Shown here: piece after piece, positions 9,951-22,550 of the stretch
Position numbering within the stretch: position 1 is the stretch's first letter
Layout of the letters: every line of letters begins with the position of its first letter
DNA from: Eledone cirrhosa
Taxonomy: Eukaryota
DNA length: 64,000 nucleotides
NCBI GenBank assembly: GCA_964016885.1
Contig: OZ024744.1
Location: 82,026,001-82,090,000 of the forward strand
Reading direction: 5' to 3'
The notes under the pieces: generated by a model
What the model was told of the DNA's origin: nothing
Seen by the model: the letters and a program-made list of their open reading frames with translations, nothing else
Database searches by the model: none
Program-made: the position numbers and the translations under genes

Positions 9951-12900
9951 CCAATTCAATGATGTTCCAGAACAATGTAAACGAGATAATTGCCAATTTG
10001 GGTTCTGGAACAAAAAAGATCATTGGCAATAAGGGCAGGGGCCCCAAGTTATCACAACCTGGGCCCGCCCGTCATCGTGCCATTGTAATAGAGCCAAACA
10101 GGGCATTTAGTCTTGGCTGCTGGAACGTACGGACGCTGCTTGACAGGGATTCTTTGGAGCGTCCTGAACGAAGGACCGCTCTTGTTGCGAAGGAGCTTCG
10201 ACGTTACGATCTTGACATCGTGGCTTTGTCTGAGACGAGGTTAGCTGGAGATGGTCATCTTACGGAATTTTGTGGAGAATATACATTCTTCTGGAAAGGA
10301 AGAGATGAAGGAACCAGAAGAGAGGCTGGGGTAGGATTTGCTGTTAAGACTGTACTGGTGAATAAATTGGAAGAATTCCCAGTGGGGATTAGTGAGCGTC
10401 TTATGTCCATGAGAGTTCCGCTGGACAAGGGAAGATATGCTACCCTGGTGAGTGTGTATGCTCCAACTATGAATTCTGTCGATGAAGAAAAACTGTCCTT
10501 TTACCATGCCTTGAAAGGTGTTTTAAGAAATATCCCTCAGGCAGACAAAGTCATCGTGCTTGGTGACTTTAATGCTAGAGTGGGTAGGGATTTTAACACA
10601 TGGAATGTAATCGGAAGGCATGGGGTGGGAAAGTGTAACAGCAATGGTATGCTCTTGCTGCAGATGTGTGAGGAGCTGGATCTGTGTGTTACCAACACCA
10701 TGTTCCAACAAAAGAACAAATTCAAGACCACATGGATGCATCCTGCATCTAAGGAATGGCATCTTTTGGACTACGTCCTAGTCAGGATGCGTGACAGACA
10801 GGATGTGCGGTGTGTTCGTGTTCTTCGTGGAGCTGAGTGCTGGACGGACCACCGCCTGGTACGCGCAAAAGTGAATCTAATCACCAAACGTAAAATCCGG
10901 GCTCCTGGTGTTACCCTGCCCAAAAGATTGAATGCTGCTCGTCTTAAGGATAAAAATGTGAAGAGGACATTGGAAGAAGAGATGCAGGCTGCAGATCTTG
11001 GTGAGGATTGGCCGACCCTTAAAAAGTCGGTTTATGATGTAGGCAGACGTGTTCTGGGATTGGTGCAGAGAAAACATCAGGACTGGTTTAATGAGAAAGA
11101 TGTGCATATAGATGACTTGTTGGCTGATAAGAGGCGCGCTCTGTCACGCTACTTGACGGCAAGACCACAGGAGAGGAATACGTTGCATGAGGAGCTCAGG
11201 GATGTAAAATCACGTGTTAGGCGGAGTCTTTCTCAGATGAAGGATCAGTGGTGGAGTGAGAAGGCTGGTGAGATACAAACTGCGTCTGATTGCAATAACA
11301 CAAAGCTGTTGTACAGTCTCTTGCGTGAGGTTTATGGACCGTCTTCTTCTCTGGTGACACCGATTCGCAGCAGGGATGGCAAAGAACTTCTTCGTGACTC
11401 ACAGGGAATTCTACGAAGGTGGCGGGAGCACTTTGATGATCTTTTGAATCAGCCGTCTGTCGTCAGTGAAGATTTCCTCAATCTCATTCCGGAAAGTCCT
11501 GTGAAAGTAGCTCTCGCAGAGCCTCCGACACTTGTGGAGGTTGCAGTGGCTATTTCGAAGCTGAACAGTGGAAGATCTCCAGGTATGGATGGCATACATG
11601 CTGAGCTCCTACAATATGGTGGTGAGAGACTCCTGCAACATCTTCACTCTCTGTTTGGAAGGATATGGGCTAATGAATCCGTGCCTGAGGACTGGAGAGA
11701 TGCAGTAATGGTGGTCTTGTACAAGGGAAAGGGTAACAGGAATGATTGTGGGAACTACAGAGGTATATCATTGCTTTCTGTCGTGGGGAAAGTTTTATGT
11801 AGGGTGCTTCTGGACCGTCTGCTGACACACATTGCAGATTGTGTCCTTCCTGAAAGTCAATCTGGTTTTCGTGTTGGACGCGGCACTACTGATATGATCT
11901 TCTCAGCTAGACAGCTCCAGGAGAAGTGCATTGAACAGGGCTTGGATCTGTATCAGGTTTTTGTCGATCTGACAAAGGCTTTCGATACTGTCAACAGAGA
12001 TGCATTATGGAAGGTTCTCCAGAAACTTGGTTGCCCTGATAAGTTCCTTGCTTTAGTTAGGTCTTTCCATGACGACATGAAGGCTTGGGTTAATGTCGGA
12101 GGTAACATGTCGGAGCCTATCTCAGTAAAAAATGGAGTGAAACAGGGGGATATTCCAGCACCGACCCTGTTTGCCATATACTTTGCAATGGTTTTCTGTA
12201 TTGCATTCAGGAATTGCGAGCATGGTGTTTACATCCGATATCGAACCTCAGGCAGCATATTTAACATCAGGCGCTTTGCTGCGAAGACAAAAGTATTTAC
12301 ATCAGTCATAAGAGACCTCTTGTATGCAGATGATTGCGATCTTGTAGCGCACACAGAGAGTGATATGCAGCACATTTTGAATGTATTTTCTGACGCTTGC
12401 ACTGCCCTGGGTTTGACTGTCAGTCTCAAGAAAACCGTCGTCATGTACCAACCTGCACCTGGTAGGCAGTACACTGAACCAAACATCTATGTGTATGGCA
12501 AACGACTTGGAGTGGTTGATCAGTTTGTCTACCTGGGAAGCACTGTCAATCGATACGGCAACCTTGACAGTGAAATCTCACTTAGGATTAGGAAAGCAAG
12601 TGATGCTTTCGGAAAGCTAGAAAGGCGACTCTGGGGTCGGCGAGACATATGCAGGAGGACAAAGGTAAGGGTGTACAGGGCATGTGTACTCTCTTGTCTT
12701 CTTTATGCCTGCGAGACCTGGGTCACATATCGACGCCACCTTAAGCAATTGGAGCGTTTCCATCAGATGTGTCTCAGACGGATACATGGCGTTCACTGGA
12801 GGGACCACATCAGTGATGTCGAGATTTTGGAAAGCTCTATGTGTGACAGTATAGAAGCTCTTGTGCTTAAGCAGCGACTCCGTTGGAGTGGTCACCTTGC

Positions 12901-13512
12901 CAGGATGAAGGATTCTAGAATACCAAAACAACTCTTCTATGGAGAGTTGGTTAAAGGAAAACGACCGCCACATAAACCAAAAAAGAGGTATAAGGATTCC
13001 TTGAAGGCCTCTCTGAAAGACGCTAACATCTCTGCTGATACATGGGAAAATATTGCTGCTGATCGTAATAAATGGAGAAAGACTGTATATGAGGGAAAAG
13101 TTGCCTTTGAGGCATCTCGAATCGCACACGAGAAAGTAAAGCGGGACGTGAGGAAGGGTATTGCTGTTGCACTTCCAGACGGCGAGGGTCCTCCTATGTT
13201 TCTGACATGCAGCGTCTGTGCGAGACTCTGCCTAAGCAAAGCTGGACTCGAAAGTCATCTTCGCAGTCATAAAGTAAGACCAGTGGTTGACTACCAGGCT
13301 GCTGTTGGAGATGCTACTCATCATGCTTGCCAAACATGTGGTAGAGAATGTAAATCAGCAGGAGGACTCAAGCGACATGCAAAAGTACACGAACTCCAAC
13401 CACAGCCGACTATTCCCAGTAAATGTTTTGGTTGCCGACTCTGTGCAAGACATTTTGGATCATTGGCTGGGCTAAAAAGCCACATTCGATCGCAGCACTG
13501 TTAGTTGCTATC

Positions 13513-13552
<40 letters not shown>

Positions 13553-13631
13553 GCTTATGTGCGTGCGTGTGTGTGTATATATATATGAATATGTATATTA
13601 TTATTGTTGTTGTCGTTATTATTATTATTGC

Positions 13632-13674
<43 letters not shown>

Positions 13675-13781
13675 TTTTTTTTTTTTATTTTTTTATTTTT
13701 TTTTTTTTTGTGCAATGGCCATACTCGATAACGAGGGGGCAGCCATCATGTATGTATGTATGTATGTATGTATGTATGTAT
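9577..13781 (+). mobile_element. Apparently full-length RTE-clade LINE
   Basis: 5'UTR, a single long ORF, and a 3'UTR ending GGCCATACTCGATAACGAGGGGGCAGCCATC plus a (TATG)n tail; the exact 5' end is uncertain. Confidence 0.92.
9959..13504 (+). CDS. RTE polyprotein: AP endonuclease, reverse transcriptase and three C2H2 zinc fingers (1181 aa)
   Basis: WNVRTL, ALSETR, GDFNARVG, WHLLDY, TDHRLV (APE); YRGISLL, DLTKAFDTV, KQGD, LYADD (RT); three C-x2-C..H..H fingers; no internal stops. Confidence 0.96.
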   Translation: MMFQNNVNEIIANLGSGTKKIIGNKGRGPKLSQPGPARHRAIVIEPNRAFSLGCWNVRTLLDRDSLERPERRTALVAKELRRYDLDIVALSETRLAGDGHLTEFCGEYTFFWKGRDEGTRREAGVGFAVKTVLVNKLEEFPVGISERLMSMRVPLDKGRYATLVSVYAPTMNSVDEEKLSFYHALKGVLRNIPQADKVIVLGDFNARVGRDFNTWNVIGRHGVGKCNSNGMLLLQMCEELDLCVTNTMFQQKNKFKTTWMHPASKEWHLLDYVLVRMRDRQDVRCVRVLRGAECWTDHRLVRAKVNLITKRKIRAPGVTLPKRLNAARLKDKNVKRTLEEEMQAADLGEDWPTLKKSVYDVGRRVLGLVQRKHQDWFNEKDVHIDDLLADKRRALSRYLTARPQERNTLHEELRDVKSRVRRSLSQMKDQWWSEKAGEIQTASDCNNTKLLYSLLREVYGPSSSLVTPIRSRDGKELLRDSQGILRRWREHFDDLLNQPSVVSEDFLNLIPESPVKVALAEPPTLVEVAVAISKLNSGRSPGMDGIHAELLQYGGERLLQHLHSLFGRIWANESVPEDWRDAVMVVLYKGKGNRNDCGNYRGISLLSVVGKVLCRVLLDRLLTHIADCVLPESQSGFRVGRGTTDMIFSARQLQEKCIEQGLDLYQVFVDLTKAFDTVNRDALWKVLQKLGCPDKFLALVRSFHDDMKAWVNVGGNMSEPISVKNGVKQGDIPAPTLFAIYFAMVFCIAFRNCEHGVYIRYRTSGSIFNIRRFAAKTKVFTSVIRDLLYADDCDLVAHTESDMQHILNVFSDACTALGLTVSLKKTVVMYQPAPGRQYTEPNIYVYGKRLGVVDQFVYLGSTVNRYGNLDSEISLRIRKASDAFGKLERRLWGRRDICRRTKVRVYRACVLSCLLYACETWVTYRRHLKQLERFHQMCLRRIHGVHWRDHISDVEILESSMCDSIEALVLKQRLRWSGHLARMKDSRIPKQLFYGELVKGKRPPHKPKKRYKDSLKASLKDANISADTWENIAADRNKWRKTVYEGKVAFEASRIAHEKVKRDVRKGIAVALPDGEGPPMFLTCSVCARLCLSKAGLESHLRSHKVRPVVDYQAAVGDATHHACQTCGRECKSAGGLKRHAKVHELQPQPTIPSKCFGCRLCARHFGSLAGLKSHIRSQHC

Positions 13782-14142
13782 GGAAAACTCTGATATAACA
13801 CCTGCAAATCTGATGGTATCCAATGATGTTGACTTCTTCTTTTTGGTAAATATCATCTTGGTTAAGAGAGTGGGACTGGCTTTGTGCAGTGCCTTTGCTC
13901 ACTATAAATGCTTCATGGCACAGGCATTGCTTTGTATCTGGAGATCTCTCTGCACTTGTCGTCACATGGTACCATGGGCCCAGTACTATGTGTCAATAAT
14001 TGTCACAGGTGTAGTGTTTGTACCAGAGTTTTCAAGTCGCTAGCTGGACTAAAAAGTCACACTCGTTCAGCACATCGGTAGGGGTTCTCCTACATGGATA
14101 TAAAGTAGTGGCCGTACTCGAAAACGAGTTGGCAGCCACCAT
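13782..14142 (+). mobile_element. Family B1, 5'-truncated copy directly after the RTE (TATG)n tail
   Basis: Matches about 1637-1999. Confidence 0.85.
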
Positions 14143-14221
14143 ACTATATATATATATATGTGTATGTATGTATATATACTGTGTATATATATATGTGTAT
14201 ATGTGTATGTATGCATATATA

Positions 14222-14252
<31 letters not shown>

Positions 14253-14426
14253 CTGTATATATATATATATATATATGTGTATATATGTATATATACTGTG
14301 TATGTATGTATGTGTACTATATGTGTGTGTATATATACTATATATATATGTATGTATATATACTATATATACATACATATATACATACATATATATATGG
14401 TATATATACATACATATATATATAGT

Positions 14427-14497
<71 letters not shown>

Positions 14498-14505
14498 CAT
14501 ATATG

Positions 14506-14662
14506 TTTGTCAAGGCAGAATGCTAGGAGAAGGAAAACTCTGATATAACACCTGCAACCCTGATGGTATCCAATGATGTTGACTTGTTCTTCTTGTTGGT
14601 AAATATCATCTTGGTTAAGAGAGTGGGACTGGCTTTGTGCAGTGCCTTTGCTCTCTATAAAA
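14506..14662 (+). mobile_element. Family B1 fragment (5' half only)
   Basis: Matches about 1611-1767. Confidence 0.8.
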
Positions 14663-14664
14663 GG

Positions 14665-14845
14665 AATGTTTCTATTGGTCTTTCCAGTTGCTAATACTAT
14701 CTATCGGTCGCAACTCCACGTAGAAGGAGCAACGTGAAATAAAGTGTCTTGCTCAAGGACATAACGCATAGCCCGGTCTGGAAATAGAACTGACAACCTC
14801 GCGATTGCGAATCCAGTTCTCTAACCAATCAGCCACACGCCTTCA
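14665..14845 (-). mobile_element. tRNA-derived SINE family B
   Basis: Reverse complement resembles 21332-21520 (GAAGGCGTGTGGCTGA...CCTTGAGCAAGACACTTTATTTC). Confidence 0.75.
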
Positions 14846-14885
14846 CACACACATATATATATATATGTCTCTCTCTCTCTCTGTT

Positions 14886-15019
<134 letters not shown>

Positions 15020-15046
15020 TATATCTCTCTCTCTCTGTTCCTATAC

Positions 15047-15091
<45 letters not shown>

Positions 15092-15379
15092 TTACATACA
15101 TAAATATATACATACAGATATTTCTAATACACCCACGCTCGGTCACTCTCTCTCACTCTCTCACACATACAAACACACATTCACACATACACAAAAACAC
15201 ACACATGCACGCACGTGCGTGTGCGCTCGTCATTCTGAATATATTTTTGAAAAACCTATACTACCATTTGTATGTACTAGGCTTGTGTAGTTTCAGCGAT
15301 AAATACTTTTATTGATGAGCACATATACACCTATATTTACTTACACATATGCATGTATAAATAATATTCTATATCTGTA

Positions 15380-16130
<751 letters not shown>

Positions 16131-16392
16131 ATAATTTATACATGCACATTTATATTTATACTTATACACACTTACATGGTAAACATGTATAAACATTTAA
16201 ATCGAGGTGACATGTTTGTGCGAGGAGTGTGTGTGCGTATGAATATAGACATAAGTGTATTGATGCTGTTTTTCTGCGGAATCTAGTGTAACTAAAACAT
16301 ATCTTCCCTAACGCAAACAGACCTTACACTATAGACACATGCATGAGTGTATGTCTTATGTATATATGTATGTGTAATGTTAGTAGACAAAG

Positions 16393-16519
<127 letters not shown>

Positions 16520-16599
16520 GCCCACATGCACACACACACACGCACACATACGTACACACACACTCACTCACACACACATATATATATATATATATATGT

Positions 16600-16904
16600 A
16601 TATATCTCTATGTGTATATATAATATGTATTATATGTATTACACAAACAAACACACTCACATACACACAAACACAGACACACATACACACACACATACAC
16701 ACATATATATATATATATGTATATATCTAATATGTATTATATGTATTACACAAACAAACGCACTCACATACACACAAACACAGACACACATACACACACA
16801 TACACACATATTTATATATATGTATATATCTAATATGTATTATATGTATTACACAAACAAACACACTCACATACACACAAACACAGACACACACACATAC
16901 ACAC

Positions 16905-16946
<42 letters not shown>

Positions 16947-17040
16947 CTAATATGTATTATATGTATTACACAAACAAACACACTCACACAGACACACATA
17001 CACACACACATATACATATATATATATATATACACACGTA
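16600..17040. repeat. About 105-115-bp tandem minisatellite, about 4 units
   Basis: TAATATGTATTATATGTATTACACAAACAAAC recurs at about 16621, 16728, 16831 and 16948. Confidence 0.85.
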
Positions 17041-17043
17041 TAC

Positions 17044-17076
<33 letters not shown>

Positions 17077-17103
17077 TATACAAATATATATATATATATA
17101 TAC

Positions 17104-17258
<155 letters not shown>

Positions 17259-17420
17259 CATACACAACATACATGTGGGTGGTCTGTTGGTGAATGTGCG
17301 AGTGGTGTAGTTTGTATTGGCTGGCGGTCGGTCCCACAAGAAGTTGCTACCAACTCATCAACACAATAAATCCTTAATGATTTCACACAACACTTCTTAA
17401 GAGTGTGAACAGAAGAGAGA

Positions 17421-17492
17421 AATAATAATAATAATAATAATAATAACAACAATAACAATAATAATAGTAACAATAATAATAATAATAGTAAC

Positions 17493-17548
<56 letters not shown>

Positions 17549-17600
17549 CAACAACAACAATAATAATAATAATGATAACAGTAATAATAATAATTATAAA
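17421..17600. repeat. (AAT)n microsatellite
   Basis: Direct reading. Confidence 0.95.
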
Positions 17601-18201
17601 ACATATAACCAAACAAATCCTCAAATCAAAAAATACAACCGTCCCCTCCACAAAAAAACAAGCAAAAACTAAATAACAACAGGGAAAAAAAAAACAAACA
17701 AAAACACACACACACAAATATTGTAACAAAAACAATAAAACAAAAGTTAATAAAAAAAAAGAACAAAAAATACATATGAAACGAAACGAAACGAAACGAA
17801 TAGAAAATGAAAAAAAAAACAAACAAGCGAAACGAAAAAGAGATAAAAAAAAAAATTCCCCTCAGCTAACTCCCACCCCGTTCCCTATAAATAGGAAGGG
17901 GGGTTTAATAAAAAAAATATAAAAGCAAAATCCGAAAAAAATCTTTGTATCCGATTCTGATATCGATTTATTTATTTATTTATTTATTTATTTTCTTTGT
18001 TTTACTCAAGTTGTTTATTTGTTGAGTTTTATTTACCTAACTGTACCCCCCACCCCCACCCACATATACATATATATAAATTTATAAATATATGTATATA
18101 TATATACATACACATATATAGACATACATATATATAGTCATATATAGATATATATTGTATATATGTTATATATGGTCATATAGTATATTATGTACATATG
18201 C

Positions 18202-18232
<31 letters not shown>

Positions 18233-18689
18233 GGTGGTGGGGGTAGTGTATATGTGTGTGTATACTTTAAATATTCATTTATATACATACACATGCATAC
18301 ACATCTTTATAAGTTGGTATTTACATATGTATGTACGAATGTATGTATGTAAGTATGTTTGTATGTATGTATATATGTAAGTATGTTTGTAAGTATATAT
18401 CTATGTATATATGTATGTAAGTATGTATGATGTATGTGAGTAAGTATGTATGTATGTATTTATATTTGTATGTACACGAGTGTGTGTATGTGTGCGCGCG
18501 AGTACATTGTGTATGTATATATGTTATTTTTCAATGTTGATGTTATATGTAAAAAAAAACATTGAAAAAACTTCGATTTTCACTTAGAATTCAATATTAC
18601 TTTGTGAATAGTTTTGATTCTGACGGTTCATTTTCGTCATCATCATCATGGCCTTTCCTGGTGTTTGTCGTCATCATCTTTATCAGTCA

Positions 18690-18780
<91 letters not shown>

Positions 18781-18783
<3 letters not shown>

Positions 18784-19235
18784 ATTATTGTTATTTATTA
18801 ATGTTAAAGTTATATGATTTTTATGTAAAACCCCCGCCGTCACGTCTTGTAATGCGCCTCTTTTTACGCCCCTGTGGCAAATAAAGAAAGATATCTAACT
18901 CTATATATCTATATATCTATTTATCTATCTATCTATCTATCTATCTATTTATTTATCTATTCATCTTGAGGAAGATAAACAGAGGGAAGACGAGAACACC
19001 TACAAAACAACGTGATCCTGGTGTTGAGGGTTGTTCTATCTACGGGGTGTAAAACAACCCTGCAGTAACGTTCCCCCCCCCCCCCTATTCCCTATTTGGG
19101 GATTTTGATTGTTTTATTTTGTATAAAGTTTATTGTTATCCATTATTGTTAAAGATTTTATGTAAAACCCCCGCCGTCACGTCTTGTAATGTTCCATTTT
19201 TCTACACCCCTGTGGCAAATAAAGAATTCTATCTA
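18781..19235 (+). mobile_element. Two Tx1 3'UTR fragments in (TATC)n
   Basis: Both end CCCCTGTGGCAAATAAAGAA plus TATC, like the 3' end at about 29220-29250; 19020-19105 resembles 28040-28120. Confidence 0.75.
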
Positions 19236-19260
19236 TCTAGCTATCTAACTATCTAGCCTT

Positions 19261-19311
<51 letters not shown>

Positions 19312-19637
19312 TTAGTGTCTTCATTTGTCTACTGTTTTCTATTCATGCCGTCCAAAAATGTTGAAGCTGAAAAACGTTGTGAATTATATATAACAAATCG
19401 GCTACTTGCTGCAGAGATGTTGGTTGGTTTGAAAGAAAAGAGGCGCAGTGTGATAGGGGAAGGATTAGGAAGTGGTAGAACGTGATACAAAAAAAAGGAG
19501 GAGAAGGGGTGGAGTGTGCGAGTGTGAAAGATAGGAAGAGTGTGTGAGAACGGATATGAAGAGAGATGTATTCGCATCAAGTTGTGCATTAGCAGGAGTA
19601 TACACACACACACATACACACACACATATTCACACAC

Positions 19638-19676
<39 letters not shown>

Positions 19677-19713
19677 CATATATCTATATCTATATATATA
19701 TATATATATATAT

Positions 19714-19863
19714 GAAAATGCATGACCCCGACGGCAGAGCTCAGGCCGTTTCGACGGCTATTTCTGGACTCAGAAATAGCCGTCCTATTACCCACTCTAC
19801 TACCCTAAGTATTGAGTACTTTGGTGTGTTATGGTCCAACTGGATCATTACCACAACTCCTTC

Positions 19864-19868
<5 letters not shown>
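19714..19868 (+). mobile_element. Family P1 copy (right arm internally deleted)
   Basis: Matches 1064-1256. Confidence 0.75.
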
Positions 19869-19901
<33 letters not shown>

Positions 19902-20043
19902 TTTAGTACAACATTAACGAAGCTTTAGGCTGCGGCTAAGCTAACGAATGCAAATTCGGAATGTAGCTTTAGCACTCGATAGAGAATAATACCCCAGAGT
20001 AATAACAATACGTTTAGACATCTTTGCAAATATATATATATAT

Positions 20044-20105
20044 ATATAACGAAGGTGTTGTGGTAATGATCCAGTTGGACCATAACACACCAGAGTACTC
20101 AATAC
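20044..20105 (-). mobile_element. Family P1 tail fragment
   Basis: Reverse complement of the tail at about 19808-19868. Confidence 0.7.
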
Positions 20106-20126
20106 TAAAATTTATATATATATATG

Positions 20127-20190
<64 letters not shown>

Positions 20191-20220
20191 TACATATATA
20201 TATATAAATTTTAGTACACC

Positions 20221-20380
20221 ATTTCTGGACTGAAACAGTCCAGAAATAGCCGTCAAAACGGCTTGAGCTCTGCCGTCGGTGTCATACTTTTTCCTATTAC
20301 CCACTCTACTACCCTAAGTATTGAGTACTCTGGTGCGTTATGGTCCATCTGGTTCCTTACCACATCTCGTTCGTTATATA
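20221..20380 (+). mobile_element. Family P1 copy starting in the central hairpin
   Basis: ATTTCTGGACTG-AAA-CAGTCCAGAAAT hairpin, then the right arm and tail. Confidence 0.75.
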
Positions 20381-20381
20381 T

Positions 20382-20563
20382 GGTGAATTGGCAGTATCGG
20401 TAGAGGGTCTGATGCCATGCTTTCCAGCATAGTTACGTCCCTTTACGATCTGAGTTCAAATCCGGCCGAGGTTAACTTTGCCTTTCATCTTTACGGGGTC
20501 GATAAAATAAAGTACCAGTAATGTACTGGGTAATTGCTGGCCTTGTGTCTAAAATAGAAACAG
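20382..20563 (+). mobile_element. tRNA-derived SINE family A
   Basis: A-box-like TGGCAGTATCGG and B-box GAGTTCAAATCC; conserved body TTTGCCTTTCATC..GGGGTCGATAAAATAAAGTACCAGT; multicopy in the window. Confidence 0.85.
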
Positions 20564-20565
20564 TT

Positions 20566-20620
<55 letters not shown>

Positions 20621-20727
20621 TTATATATACATATATATAATTAATACTGTACCGATTGTGTTGTTATTTCTGTTTACCTTTTACACACAGACATATATAT
20701 ATATATATATAGACATATGTATAAATA

Positions 20728-20763
<36 letters not shown>

Positions 20764-20766
<3 letters not shown>

Positions 20767-20935
20767 CGAAGGAAATGTGGTAAGGAACCAGGTGGACCAT
20801 AACGCACCAAAGTACTCAATACTTGAGGTAGTAGAGTGGGTAATAGGAACCAGTAAGACCCCGACAGCTGAGCTCAAGCCGTTTCGAATTAGCCGTCGAA
20901 ACGGCTTGAGCTCAGCAGTCGGGTTCTTACTGGTT

Positions 20936-20940
<5 letters not shown>
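20764..20940 (-). mobile_element. Family P1 copy
   Basis: Inverted arms TAGGAACCAGTAAGACCCC...GGGTTCTTACTGGTTCCTA plus tail; sits in (TA)n. Confidence 0.75.
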
Positions 20941-21008
<68 letters not shown>

Positions 21009-21016
21009 GGTATATA

Positions 21017-21312
21017 TATAGTGAAAATATAACAAAGACTATTGGTTACTCCTTCATTACATTTATTGGTTGGTGACGTGCGTTTCGCCACTGATCAGTC
21101 GGGTAAGATCGATGCAGATCAAACCTTGAGCTGATCAGTTGCGAAACGCGCGTCACCAACCAATAAATGTAATGAAGGAGTAACCAATCGTCCTTGTTAT
21201 CTTTTCACTATAATACACTCTGTCCAGCTCTACACCTCGCTACTGACGTGAACCTAAACATCGCGTGCACTCCCGGGTGAACCTTCAGTAACTCCAAGTT
21301 ACACTCCCTGGA
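21017..21312 (+). mobile_element. Palindromic Penelope-like mini-element, family P2
   Basis: About 80-bp inverted arms spanning 21017-21212, containing GAAACGCGCGTC and AATAAA; unique tail; TA flanks. Confidence 0.65.
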
Positions 21313-21331
21313 TATATATATATTTATTTAG

Positions 21332-21535
21332 TGAAGGCGCGTGGCTGAGTGTTTAGAGAATTGGATTCACAAGCTTGAGGCTGTGAGTTCGATTCCTGGG
21401 CCCGGCGATGCGTTATGCCCTTGAGCAAGGCACTTTATTTCATGCTGCTTCTTCTACCTGGAGTTGCGAGCGATAGATAATACTAGCAATGGGAAAGAGG
21501 TAGCAACTGGAAAGACCGACGAAAACATTGTATTC
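21332..21535 (+). mobile_element. tRNA-derived SINE family B
   Basis: TGGCTGAGTG A-box-like and GAGTTCGATTCC B-box motifs, then CCCTTGAGCAAGGCACTT. Confidence 0.8.
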
Positions 21536-21747
21536 CCGGTCCGATTTGGTGAGAGTCGATCAATCCTTTCTCTTTCCCACTTTCTCTCTCTCTATATATA
21601 ATTACATAAACAACACAATATAATTATTCCATTGCCAAAGGTTGTTTAATATATAATCAAATAGCTCTGTAATATACATAGAGCACTCTTCTTTCCTTTA
21701 CCATTTCTACTGAAATACTTAACACACACACACACACATATATATAT

Positions 21748-21965
21748 ATAACAAAGAGGATGTGGTAAGATACCAGGTGGACCATAACGAACCAGAGTAC
21801 TCGATACGTGGGGATGGTAGAGTGGGTAATATGAAATGATTCTGGACCGCGACGGCTGAGCTCTGGACGTTTGAGTTAGATCCGGACTAAGCCACTTGTG
21901 GCTTAGTCCGGATCTAGCTGTCGAATCGACTGGAGCTCAACCGTCGGGGTCCTGAATCATTTCAT
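21748..21965 (-). mobile_element. Diverged family P1 copy
   Basis: Same tail and arm layout; central hairpin AGATCCGGACTAAGCCAC-TT-GTGGCTTAGTCCGGATCT. Confidence 0.7.
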
Positions 21966-21980
21966 CTATTCACACACAGG

Positions 21981-22018
<38 letters not shown>

Positions 22019-22379
22019 AATTAGTATATACACGCAACACGCAAACACATACATAGCATATAAATATATATGCACGCTTTTGACTCTTACGAAACTGACT
22101 AAACAAAATTTTAAACGTCGCTGAAATAATATAAAAGAAATACAAAGATGAACCCGAGGATATAGAACAATAATGACAAATATTTAAACCGTACAAAAGA
22201 CTTATATAACACTGAAAGACCAGAAAGAAAAACCAGACACAAAATATTTAACTCTTAACGTTGTGTATCACATGGAACCACATAAACAAATGACGTCCAT
22301 ATTTAAATTTCTATAATAATCTGGCACACGGAGCCGAACTCCCACTGCCATCGCCACCATCTTTCTCGCCCTCCCCATC

Positions 22380-22550
22380 TCACTGTATTATGAGCGAATG
22401 GGGTCCCACGGGCTGGCCGCCCAACAGCCCCGGCAGATAGAATGGAGAAGCCGTTTCCCCGGAGGATGGTAAGGGAGATGCGCTGGAAGAACCATTCTAT
22501 CTCACGAGGCTCACACCTGCGGCTGGCCAGCTCAGCGCCTAACAGCACTA
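22380..22550 (-). mobile_element. CRE-clade-like non-LTR 3' fragment
   Basis: Translation WFFQRISLTILRGNGFSIL resembles the QRISIAIQRGNA C-terminal motif of CRE-type RLE elements. Confidence 0.65.

Noticed and set aside
16600-17040. CRISPR-like repeat/spacer periodicity
   Set aside because: The spacers are related microsatellite sequence; eukaryotic context with no cas genes.
20382-20470. tRNA gene
   Set aside because: Has A/B boxes but no complete cloverleaf, and continues into a multicopy SINE body.
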